The translations under genes were made by a program, and so were the position numbers. A DNA stretch of 24,000 bases from Eggerthellales bacterium UBA1419. Its GTDB lineage: Bacteria > Actinomycetota > Coriobacteriia > Coriobacteriales > UBA8131. The stretch spans positions 18,876 to 42,875 of the forward strand of contig DBPN01000056.1 in the NCBI GenBank assembly GCA_002305585.1. Direction: 5' to 3'. Shown in pieces: positions 1 to 7,834 of the stretch; position 1 is the first letter of the stretch, and each line of letters opens with the position of its first letter. The notes below the pieces were generated by a model. It did no database searches. It was not told the DNA's origin and was given only the letters and a program-made list of their open reading frames with translations.

Positions 1-1686
1 GTGAGCCGGTATGACCACGAGGATGTGGTATGGCTTAATGGCGAAGACCAACGCATACACAACAGTATCGAGAAAGGGATTTTTTCTCAGCTGATCGAGA
101 AGCATGCCCTGTATGGCAACAACACTTGCGGTTTGCTGGTGATTGATGACCTACCGTTGTTGGACAGGGAGGCTGCCGAGCAGCTCTCAGACAGTTTGGA
201 CAGGATACTCGAAGCGGGCAGACAGATCATCATCACCACCACGCCCCTGCATGATGTGTTCGCTATCCTGCAATCTGACAGACTGCTGGTCTCTGGTCGC
301 GATATACTCCAATCGCGGGACATCGATACTGTAGGAACGATAGTACTACTTGACAACTTCTTCGAAGAGGCGCTTCCCTTCGAGTTCTCGCTGGCAGGCC
401 TGTTGATTGTGTTGATGCAACAGGGCAGCTTTGAGGATATGCGTTCTTTGGGCTATCTGATCCGCGATGATGTTCCGGCTTTACTGGATACCATCAGCCC
501 ACTATTCGGGATCGACGCATCTCGGCAACGGTTCTCGATGTGTGCCGTGGAGGCGCATCTGATCAAGGACCGTACCGAGTCCCTGTTATCCAAAGCGGCA
601 GAACCCAGCTACAGCATGGAGGGCGCTAGGGGTTCCAGTAGCTTCCAACAGTTGATCGCAATCGCGTCACTACTGTTCGATCACAATCAGAAACGGCGTT
701 CGCGCGAGTTGCTGGATCTGGCTGGTGAGTTGACCCTTGACGCGTCGTTGGCAACGCAGCCACAGGCGCAATCGCAACTACAGCCGCAGCCACAGCCACA
801 ACAACAGCAGCAGCCAAAACCACAGCCACAGCCACAATCGCAGCCACAACCCTGGCTGCCGCAAAAGGGCAACATCGCTCAACCGACTTCAACAGACGCC
901 AGCACCTGTGCCAGAGCCGCTGACAATCCGCCTTTATTACGCATCAAGCTGTTCGGTGACCTGGAGATCAGCTTGGGCGACACCATCTTGGAGGATTCGT
1001 TATGGAAACGCGGCAAGGTGCGTGTTCTGCTCATCCATCTGGCGTTGAACAACGGCAGGGGATTGGCTCGCGAGACGATCATGGAACAGCTCTGGCCAGA
1101 TATGGACATCAGGCATGCCACTGACAATTTCTACGTCACCTGGTCTAGGATGTGCAGGGCATTATCCGGCTCGGCCAACCATTGCCCTTATCTGGTGAGC
1201 AACGGCATGCTCTGCAGAATCGATAATCGCTTTGTGAGCACAGACATCGCCGAGTTCGAGAGATTATCCAAACAGGTTCTCTTTGAGCAGGGAAGCAAGG
1301 ACGAGCGCATTGAGGCTTTCTTGCAAATGGAGCGTCTTTACAGGGGAGAACTGCTCTCCGGCTGTATCTATGACGATCTCATCGGCGCGGCTCAGCAACG
1401 TTATCGCCTGCTGCTCGTTGACGCGATATTGGCTGGTTCGCAGTTATACAGCGAAATGGGGCATGATAACAACGCACTCTGGTTTGCGCGCAAAGCCTAT
1501 GAGATCGATCCCACTCGCGAAGATGTCTATCGCGTGTTGATGTACGTGCAGAATAGAGCTGGTCAGCGTACCTCGGCATTGCAAACCTATTTCGCCTGCA
1601 AGAAATATCTCAATGAGGAGTTGGGCATACTCCCATCGCAGCGTACTACAGCCTTGTATCAAGACCTGATATTGGATAAGCGTTGA
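1..1686 (+). CDS. Transcriptional regulator, 5'-truncated by the window edge. It has a MalT/STAND-like NTPase remnant, a Gln/Pro linker, an OmpR/SARP-type winged helix and a BTAD domain.
   Basis: The ORF is open from base 1, so the GTG at 1 is probably not the true start. The N-terminal part has a Walker-B-like stretch, LLVIDDLPLL...RQIIITTTP. The C-terminal part has LRIKLFGDLEISLGD...RGKVRVLLIHLALNNGRGLARETIMEQLWPD (winged helix). This is followed by LYRGELL...YRVLMYVQNRAGQRTSALQTYFACKKYLNEELGILPS (BTAD/TPR-like). Stop codon is TGA at 1684-1686. Confidence 0.75.
   Translation: MSRYDHEDVVWLNGEDQRIHNSIEKGIFSQLIEKHALYGNNTCGLLVIDDLPLLDREAAEQLSDSLDRILEAGRQIIITTTPLHDVFAILQSDRLLVSGRDILQSRDIDTVGTIVLLDNFFEEALPFEFSLAGLLIVLMQQGSFEDMRSLGYLIRDDVPALLDTISPLFGIDASRQRFSMCAVEAHLIKDRTESLLSKAAEPSYSMEGARGSSSFQQLIAIASLLFDHNQKRRSRELLDLAGELTLDASLATQPQAQSQLQPQPQPQQQQQPKPQPQPQSQPQPWLPQKGNIAQPTSTDASTCARAADNPPLLRIKLFGDLEISLGDTILEDSLWKRGKVRVLLIHLALNNGRGLARETIMEQLWPDMDIRHATDNFYVTWSRMCRALSGSANHCPYLVSNGMLCRIDNRFVSTDIAEFERLSKQVLFEQGSKDERIEAFLQMERLYRGELLSGCIYDDLIGAAQQRYRLLLVDAILAGSQLYSEMGHDNNALWFARKAYEIDPTREDVYRVLMYVQNRAGQRTSALQTYFACKKYLNEELGILPSQRTTALYQDLILDKR
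757..852 (+). repeat. Imperfect CAGCCA/CAGCCG hexanucleotide and CAA/CAG microsatellite inside the regulator gene, encoding a Q/P-rich linker.
   Basis: The DNA reads cagccacaggcgcaatcgcaactacagccgcagccacagccacaacaacagcagcagccaaaaccacagccacagccacaatcgcagccacaaccc. It translates to QPQAQSQLQPQPQPQQQQQPKPQPQPQSQPQP. Confidence 0.85.
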
Positions 1687-1947
1687 ACATGGGAGCCTTT
1701 CTGCGTATAAGACCCGATGAGAGGTTTGTGGAGAAGCGTTGTAAGGCTCCCGCCACATTTATGCGATTTGGCGACAATATCGTACAGAGGATAAAAAATC
1801 CAGGTGTCTGTGGTAGAGTTCTCAGGTGGCGAAGAAGCAGGCGATTGCGCTTGGTTCAACCGTCTTTCATCAGTAGTCGAGAAGACGGTCGACTTCACCG
1901 TAATAGTACTATCCTCAGTGGATATATAGAGAGGGTATATACAGTAG

Positions 1948-4722
1948 ATGGCTGGATTCCTATCAAGACTGTTGAACGCTGGCGAAGGTAAGCAACTCAA
2001 GGCCTTTGAGGCAACTGTCAAAGAGATAAACGCGCTGGAACCACAGATACAGGCACTTTCAGATGAGCAGCTCAAGGCACAGACGCAAAGCCTGCGCTCG
2101 CGTTATGCTGCGGGTGAGACACTCGACAGTCTGTTACCCGAGGCCTTCGCAACCGTGCGTGAGGCTTCTGTGCGCACGTTGGGCATGCGACACTTTGATG
2201 TACAGCTCATCGGCGCGATGGCTCTGAACTCTGGGCAGATCGCCGAGATGAAAACGGGTGAGGGTAAGACGTTGGTGTCTACACTCGCCGGTTATCTTAA
2301 TGCCATTGGCGGTGAAGGTGTACATGTGGTTACCGTCAATGACTATCTGGCTAAGCGCGACAGCGAGTGGATGGGCAGGATCTACCGTTTTCTGGGCATG
2401 AGTGTTGGCTTGATCCAATCCGGGATGAAGACTGCAGATAAGCTGCCGGCTTATCAGGCCGATATCACCTATGGTACCAACTCGGAATTCGGCTTCGACT
2501 ATCTGCGCGACAACATGGTCACTCGTCTTGCGGATAGGGTGCAACGTGGCCATGCCTACGCCATTGTCGACGAGGTCGACTCGATCCTTATCGACGAAGC
2601 CCGTACGCCGTTGATCATCAGCGGCATTGGTACTCGAGCCGCCGAGACCTACAACAAATTCGCACGCGTGATACCAACACTACGCCGTGATGCAGACTTT
2701 GAGATGGATGAGGCCAAGCACACTATCTTCGCCACCGAGAGCGGTTTGAAGAAGATCGAGAACATGCTGGCTATCGATGATATCTACGATGATCCTTCTG
2801 GCCAGCTGGTCAATCATCTGCAACAGGCCCTGCGTGCCGAGTTCCTCTACAAACGCGATGTTGATTACGTGGTTGCGGATGGTGAAGTGAAGATAGTCGA
2901 CGAGTTCACCGGTCGCATGATGGAAGGCAGACGCTATTCAGAGGGTCTGCACCAAGCGCTGGAGGCTAAGGAGCGCGTGCTGATCCGCGAGGAGAATCAG
3001 ACGCTGGCCACCATCACGCTACAGAATTACTTCAGGCTCTACAAGAAACTCTCCGGCATGACCGGTACCGCCATGACTGAGGACGCGGAGTTTCGCCAAA
3101 TCTACAATCTGCCCGTCATGGCCATCCCATCCAATCGACCGGTCATCCGCGATGATCGCAATGACCTGGTCTACCGCACCATCGAAGCCAAATTCAACGC
3201 TGTGGCAGAAGACGTAGTCGAACGTCACTACAATGGCCAGCCATCGCTAGTTGGCACAGTGTCCATCGAGAGCTCTGAACGTTTGTCCCGCTTGCTGGAG
3301 AAGCGCGGGATCCCCCATGAGGTGCTCAACGCCAAGCATCATGAGCGCGAGGCGCACATAGTCGCCCAGGCTGGTCGTGCCGGAGCGGTGACCATCGCTA
3401 CTAACATGGCTGGCCGAGGCACCGACATCTTGCTGGGTGGCAATCCAGATTTCCTCACCGATGAGTTGCTGATCAACCAAGGTATCGATCCCGAGGAAGC
3501 GAGCGAGGAGCAGCGTGAGAAAGCAACGCTGAAAGCCAGGCAGATCACCTCGGAGGAGCACGCTGCGGTTGTGGCAGCCGGCGGATTGGCGGTCATCGGT
3601 ACCGAGCGGCATGAGGCCAGACGTATCGACAACCAGTTGCGTGGTCGTTCTGGTCGTCAGGGAGACCCGGGTTGCACGCAATTCTATCTCTCACTCGAAG
3701 ACGACCTGATGCGTCTGTTTGGTGGCAATCGCATGGAGCGTATTGCCAACATCATGCTCCGTACCGATATGCCAGACGATATGCCCATCGATTCGGGCAT
3801 GGTATCAAAAGCCATCGAGAGTGCTCAGCGTCAAGTCGAGTCGATGCACTTCGAATCCCGTAAACACGTGCTCGAGTACGACGATGTGATGAACCGCCAG
3901 CGCTCGGCGATCTATAATGAGCGCAACGCGATACTGGAGGGCAAGGACATCCATCAGCGTGCCTTGGATATCATGCAAGACACGGTGGAGAAGGCCGTGG
4001 GAGAGTATTGCAGCGGGGTCAGCGATGACTGGGATTGGGATGGCCTGAGAATCTGGCTAACCGAACTCACTGGTCTCGATGATTTCGAGCCGAGCGACAT
4101 TGAGCATGACGATGATGAGGATAAGCTCATCGATGGATTGCTTACCTACCTTGAGGGAGTGCTGAACGAGAAGGAGCAGTCCATAGGTAGCGAGCAGATG
4201 CATCGACTCGAATCGCAGGTTATGCTGCGTATCATCGATACGCGCTGGATGAACCATCTGCAGGAGATGGATTATCTTAAGGCTGGCATTGGGCTGCGTG
4301 CCTTTGGCCAGCGCGATCCACTCACAGAGTACAAGAATGAGGCACACGCGGCGTTTGGTGAGCTTCGTGATTCGATGTATGGCGACTACCTGCGCACCAT
4401 ACTGCGTATCCAGATCGTCAGAGCAGAAGAGCAACCGGCAGCGCAACTGTCATCGGCGCGGTATTCGGGACCGTCAGAGAGCGTGCCCTCACTGATAAAC
4501 GACGCGCGACAGGGGCCGGCGCAGCAAAACGCCCCGCAGCGAGCGGGTGCGGCGGCGATATCCGCTGGCGGCAGAGCTACTGGAGCGCAGCCGGCTCAGG
4601 GCAAGACGGCGACTATAGTCAGGGATAAAGAGGATCCATTCGCCAACGTTGGCCGTAACGATCCCTGTCCTTGTGGCAGTGGTAGGAAATTCAAGAAATG
4701 CCACGGCGCCAACATCAGTTGA
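1948..4722 (+). CDS. secA: Preprotein translocase ATPase SecA
   Basis: 924-aa ORF. It has a motor Walker A (MKTGEGKTLV), a DEVD box (VDEVDSILIDEARTPLIIS) and TNMAGRGTDI. The C-terminal zinc-binding tail is CPCGSGRKFKKCHG. A GAGAGGG SD-like sequence lies upstream of the ATG at 1948. Confidence 0.97.
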   Translation: MAGFLSRLLNAGEGKQLKAFEATVKEINALEPQIQALSDEQLKAQTQSLRSRYAAGETLDSLLPEAFATVREASVRTLGMRHFDVQLIGAMALNSGQIAEMKTGEGKTLVSTLAGYLNAIGGEGVHVVTVNDYLAKRDSEWMGRIYRFLGMSVGLIQSGMKTADKLPAYQADITYGTNSEFGFDYLRDNMVTRLADRVQRGHAYAIVDEVDSILIDEARTPLIISGIGTRAAETYNKFARVIPTLRRDADFEMDEAKHTIFATESGLKKIENMLAIDDIYDDPSGQLVNHLQQALRAEFLYKRDVDYVVADGEVKIVDEFTGRMMEGRRYSEGLHQALEAKERVLIREENQTLATITLQNYFRLYKKLSGMTGTAMTEDAEFRQIYNLPVMAIPSNRPVIRDDRNDLVYRTIEAKFNAVAEDVVERHYNGQPSLVGTVSIESSERLSRLLEKRGIPHEVLNAKHHEREAHIVAQAGRAGAVTIATNMAGRGTDILLGGNPDFLTDELLINQGIDPEEASEEQREKATLKARQITSEEHAAVVAAGGLAVIGTERHEARRIDNQLRGRSGRQGDPGCTQFYLSLEDDLMRLFGGNRMERIANIMLRTDMPDDMPIDSGMVSKAIESAQRQVESMHFESRKHVLEYDDVMNRQRSAIYNERNAILEGKDIHQRALDIMQDTVEKAVGEYCSGVSDDWDWDGLRIWLTELTGLDDFEPSDIEHDDDEDKLIDGLLTYLEGVLNEKEQSIGSEQMHRLESQVMLRIIDTRWMNHLQEMDYLKAGIGLRAFGQRDPLTEYKNEAHAAFGELRDSMYGDYLRTILRIQIVRAEEQPAAQLSSARYSGPSESVPSLINDARQGPAQQNAPQRAGAAAISAGGRATGAQPAQGKTATIVRDKEDPFANVGRNDPCPCGSGRKFKKCHGANIS

Positions 4723-4785
4723 CCCTCTCAAGATGTTCCGGCAACAATACTAGGGTATTCCAGCATCAATAGGTAAGGGAAAAAC

Positions 4786-5907
4786 ATGATAGAGGATCTG
4801 ACAGAACAGCTTAAGGCATTGGAGAATCGCATCAGTGATGCTGAGGGCTATCTTTATCTTGATCAGAAGCGCAGCAAGTTAAATGAGCTGGAGGCACTGT
4901 CGCTCCAGCCGGGATTCTGGGATGACCAACAGCGCGCTCAGCAGGTATCCAAGCAGGCATCCGACCTGCGCAGTGAACTCACCGAGTTCGACAGTGTGCG
5001 CACAGCCTTAGAGGACGCCCTGGTAGCCAACGAGCTGGCAGTACTCGATGGTGATGAGTCGTTGGCGGCCGAGGTTCCCTTGGCGTTGAAGGAGCTCAAC
5101 CAGCGCGTTGATGCCCTGGAACTCTCATCCTGGTTCTCTGGGGAATTCGATGGCGGAGATGCCATCATCAACATCAATCCTGGGCAGGGCGGTCTGGAGG
5201 CGCAGGACTGGACCGACATGCTGTTCAAGATGTATCTGGGTTATGCCCAGCGCAACCGCTGGAAGGTAGAGGTGCTTGACGCACCTCCGGGCGAGGTGAT
5301 CGGCTTGGATCACGCGACCTTCATCGTCAGCGGTCGTAACGCCTACGGCATGCTCTCAGCCGAGCAAGGCGTGCATCGTCTGGTGCGTATCTCGCCTACC
5401 GATGAGAAGAAGCGTCGTCAGACCACGTTTGCCGGGGTCGAGGTGTTGCCGGTGTTGCCAGATGATATCGAGGTGGAAATCAATCCGGCCGATCTGCGCA
5501 TCGATGTCTATCGGTCGAGCGGCCCGGGTGGCCAAAGCGTTAACACCACCGATTCCGCCGTACGGATCACACATGTTCCCACCAATACCGTGGTAACCTG
5601 CCAAAACGAGAAGTCCCAGCTGCAGAACAAGGAGGCGGCGATGAAGATCCTCAAGGCCCGTCTCTATGAGCTGGAACAAGCTAAACGCGAGGCGGAGCTT
5701 GAGGAATTGCGTGGGCCCAGACATGATGCATCGTGGGGTAATCAGATCAGGAACTACGTCCTCTATCCCTATCAGATGGTGAAAGATGTGCGCACTGGAG
5801 TTGAGACCGGCAATGTTGATGCCGTGCTTGATGGCGACTTGGATCAGTTTGTGATCGCCTTCCATCGCTGGCGCACCGAACAGGAAGGAGCAGCTGCCAA
5901 TGGCTGA
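4786..5907 (+). CDS. prfB: Peptide chain release factor 2, encoded in a single uninterrupted frame
   Basis: 373 aa. It has an RF2-type N-terminus (PGFWDDQQRAQ), a GGQ motif (SGPGGQSVNTTDSAVRITH) and HRLVRISPTDEKKRRQTTF aligning to the RF2 SPF loop. The tail YVLYPYQMVKDVRTGVETGNVDAVLDGDLDQF matches RF2. An AAGGGA SD precedes the ATG. Confidence 0.95.
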   Translation: MIEDLTEQLKALENRISDAEGYLYLDQKRSKLNELEALSLQPGFWDDQQRAQQVSKQASDLRSELTEFDSVRTALEDALVANELAVLDGDESLAAEVPLALKELNQRVDALELSSWFSGEFDGGDAIININPGQGGLEAQDWTDMLFKMYLGYAQRNRWKVEVLDAPPGEVIGLDHATFIVSGRNAYGMLSAEQGVHRLVRISPTDEKKRRQTTFAGVEVLPVLPDDIEVEINPADLRIDVYRSSGPGGQSVNTTDSAVRITHVPTNTVVTCQNEKSQLQNKEAAMKILKARLYELEQAKREAELEELRGPRHDASWGNQIRNYVLYPYQMVKDVRTGVETGNVDAVLDGDLDQFVIAFHRWRTEQEGAAANG

Positions 5908-6850
5908 TCCCATCACTGACATTAAGAGATCTGCTGCCGATGATCCAGCAATCGATATCGCCGCTACGGCTGCAACCGCAACCGATGCTCTGGTCAAGAA
6001 GCAAGCTGCAGCGATGCGAATTGATCTCATCAAGATGATCACTGCTGCCGGCAGTGGGCACCCGGGAGGATCACTCTCGGCAACCGACCTGGTGGCTACC
6101 TTGTTCTTCGGCGGCACGCTGCGCTTCGATGCCGCTGACCCATCCTGGCCGGATCGCGACCGCTTCATCCTCTCCAAGGGGCATGCGGCGCCGGTACTGT
6201 ACGCGGCTCTGGCTCGCGCAGGTTATTTCGACACTGCGGAGCTTTTAACCCTACGCAAGTTTGGTTCGCGCCTGCAGGGACATCCGGATTCCCGGAAATT
6301 ACCGGGGGTCGAGGTCTCCACCGGCTCGCTGGGCCAGGGTCTCTCCATCTCTTCAGGGTTGGCTCTGGGGTTGGCGATGGAAGCCAAGAGCGCAGCCGAG
6401 AACGCCGCTGCAAAAGCCGCTGAGGCTATTGCCATCCCCGCCAAACGTGTCTTCGTATTGCTTGGCGATGGTGAATGTCAAGAAGGTCAGGTCTGGGAGG
6501 CGGCGATGTTCGCGGCTCATCACAAGCTCTCCAACCTCGTCGCTATCATCGATAACAACAACCTGCAGATCGATGGTCGTTGCAGTGATATCAATGACCT
6601 CATCGATCTGGCAGAGAAATTCGCTGCCTTTGGCTGGCATGTACTCAAGGTCGACGGACACGATGTCGGCGCCATCCAATCTGCGCTGGAAGAGGCGACA
6701 GCCTATGAACTGGGTCCAGTGGCGATTGTAGCTGCCACCACCAAGGGAAAGGGCGTCAGCTTCATGGAGAACCAATGCGGTTGGCACGGAAAGGCTCCGA
6801 ATGCAGAACAATGCGATCAGGCGCTGAAGGAATGCGGGGTATGCAAATGA
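5900..6850 (+). CDS. Transketolase, N-terminal (thiamine-diphosphate-binding) subunit of a split enzyme
   Basis: Motifs present are AGSGHPGGSLSATD, SKGHAAPVLYA, the TPP motif LLGDGECQEGQVWEA and NLVAIIDNNNLQIDG. The ATG at 5900 overlaps the prfB stop (ATGGCTGA). No alternative in-frame start exists before Met39. Confidence 0.92.
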   Translation: MADPITDIKRSAADDPAIDIAATAATATDALVKKQAAAMRIDLIKMITAAGSGHPGGSLSATDLVATLFFGGTLRFDAADPSWPDRDRFILSKGHAAPVLYAALARAGYFDTAELLTLRKFGSRLQGHPDSRKLPGVEVSTGSLGQGLSISSGLALGLAMEAKSAAENAAAKAAEAIAIPAKRVFVLLGDGECQEGQVWEAAMFAAHHKLSNLVAIIDNNNLQIDGRCSDINDLIDLAEKFAAFGWHVLKVDGHDVGAIQSALEEATAYELGPVAIVAATTKGKGVSFMENQCGWHGKAPNAEQCDQALKECGVCK

Positions 6851-7785
6851 GCGAGATGAAGGCAACCCGCGAAGCTTACGGAGCAACACTGCTGGAACTA
6901 CTTGAAGAAGGACATGATGTAGTGGCGGTAGATGCCGATCTCTCTGGCTCCACTACTACAGCTAAGCTCGGCAAGGTCGATCCAAACAGACTGGTGAACG
7001 TTGGCATCGCCGAACAGAACATGATGGGCATCGCCGCGGGGCTCTCGCTCTCAGGCAAGCTGGTCTTCACCGGTTCATTCGCGGTGTTCGCGACCGGACG
7101 CGCCTACGATCAGGTGCGCAACACCATCTGCTATGCCGGTCTCAACGTCAAGATCGCACCCACCCATGCCGGACTCAGCGTTGGTGCCGATGGCGGTAGC
7201 CATCAGATGATCGAGGACATTGCGCTGATGCGCGTGCTGCCCAATATGCGGGTATTGGTGCCGGCGGATTACACCAGTGCCAAGGCAGCCCTTCGCATTG
7301 CCGCGAATACTCCCGGACCCGTATATGTGCGTATGGGTCGCGCGCCGGTTCCGGTGCTCTATGAGGAGACTGACGGTTTCGAGCTTGGCAAGGCGCGTGT
7401 ATTGCGCGAGGGTAGCGATGCTACCATCATAGCCTGTGGTGTCGAGGTCGACTTCGCGCTTAAGGCCGCTGACCAGCTGGCAGAACAGGGCATCGATGTT
7501 GAGGTGGTCGATGCGTTTAGCATTAAACCTCTCGATGAGGACACCATCCTCGCCTCTATTCGAAAGACGGGCAGTGTGATAACCGCAGAAGAGCATTCAA
7601 TCATCGGTGGATTGGGGTCTGCGGTGGCAGAACTGATTGCCGAGAAGGCTCCTGATGCCTTGCGCACACCCATGCGCAGGATAGGCGTACAGGATCGTTT
7701 TGGCACTTCTGGGGATATGGATGAACTGTTCAGGGAATACGGACTCGATGTGCAGGCACTATGCGCTGCTGTGGTATCATTGTGA
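6847..7785 (+). CDS. Transketolase, C-terminal (pyrimidine-binding plus C-terminal domain) subunit
   Basis: Motifs present are GIAEQNMMGIAAGLS, FATGRAYDQVRNTI, GGSHQMIEDIALMR and IIACGVEV. I chose the ATG at 6847, which overlaps the upstream TGA (ATGA), rather than the ORF-track start at 6775 that lies inside the preceding gene. The ATG at 6841 is also possible. Confidence 0.9.
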   Translation: MSEMKATREAYGATLLELLEEGHDVVAVDADLSGSTTTAKLGKVDPNRLVNVGIAEQNMMGIAAGLSLSGKLVFTGSFAVFATGRAYDQVRNTICYAGLNVKIAPTHAGLSVGADGGSHQMIEDIALMRVLPNMRVLVPADYTSAKAALRIAANTPGPVYVRMGRAPVPVLYEETDGFELGKARVLREGSDATIIACGVEVDFALKAADQLAEQGIDVEVVDAFSIKPLDEDTILASIRKTGSVITAEEHSIIGGLGSAVAELIAEKAPDALRTPMRRIGVQDRFGTSGDMDELFREYGLDVQALCAAVVSL

Positions 7786-7834
7786 TGATTACTCCAGCAA
7801 ATAAATGCGTATTAAACGAACGGAGCGATTGAAA

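Noticed and set aside
626-892. Minus-strand ORFs rich in Ala/Val or Cys/Gly (for example GCGCDCGCGCGFGCCCCCGC).
   Set aside because: These are artefacts of reading the CAGCCA/CAG microsatellite on the opposite strand. They sit inside the well-supported regulator CDS.
1687-1947. A 102-aa ORF (1683-1991) and hairpins (ACCGTCTT 1859-1866 / AAGACGGT 1882-1889; GGGAGCC...GGCTCCC) in the secA upstream region.
   Set aside because: The ORF is Arg-rich, has no SD and runs into secA out of frame. The hairpins lack T-tails or any recognisable regulatory signature. I treat the region as an ordinary promoter and leader.
5356-6177. A 273-aa ORF on the minus strand. Similar long antisense ORFs occur at 13936-14886, 13183-13749, 17276-17878, 19859-20506 and 6353-6889.
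   Set aside because: Each lies fully antisense to a + strand gene with unmistakable conserved motifs (prfB/transketolase, M42 peptidase, metallophosphoesterase, ABC ATPase, surface protein). Their translations are low-complexity with no recognisable motifs. They are typical shadow ORFs of GC-rich coding DNA.
6379-6447. Ala-rich insertions in housekeeping enzymes. These are EAKSAAENAAAKAAEAIAIPAK next to the TPP motif in the transketolase N-subunit, and AATGATVIGTNAVAGEAATTIAAIAG plus a Ser/Pro-rich insert in RNase R.
   Set aside because: They look like lineage-specific low-complexity loops in otherwise intact enzymes. Nothing suggests a separate function.
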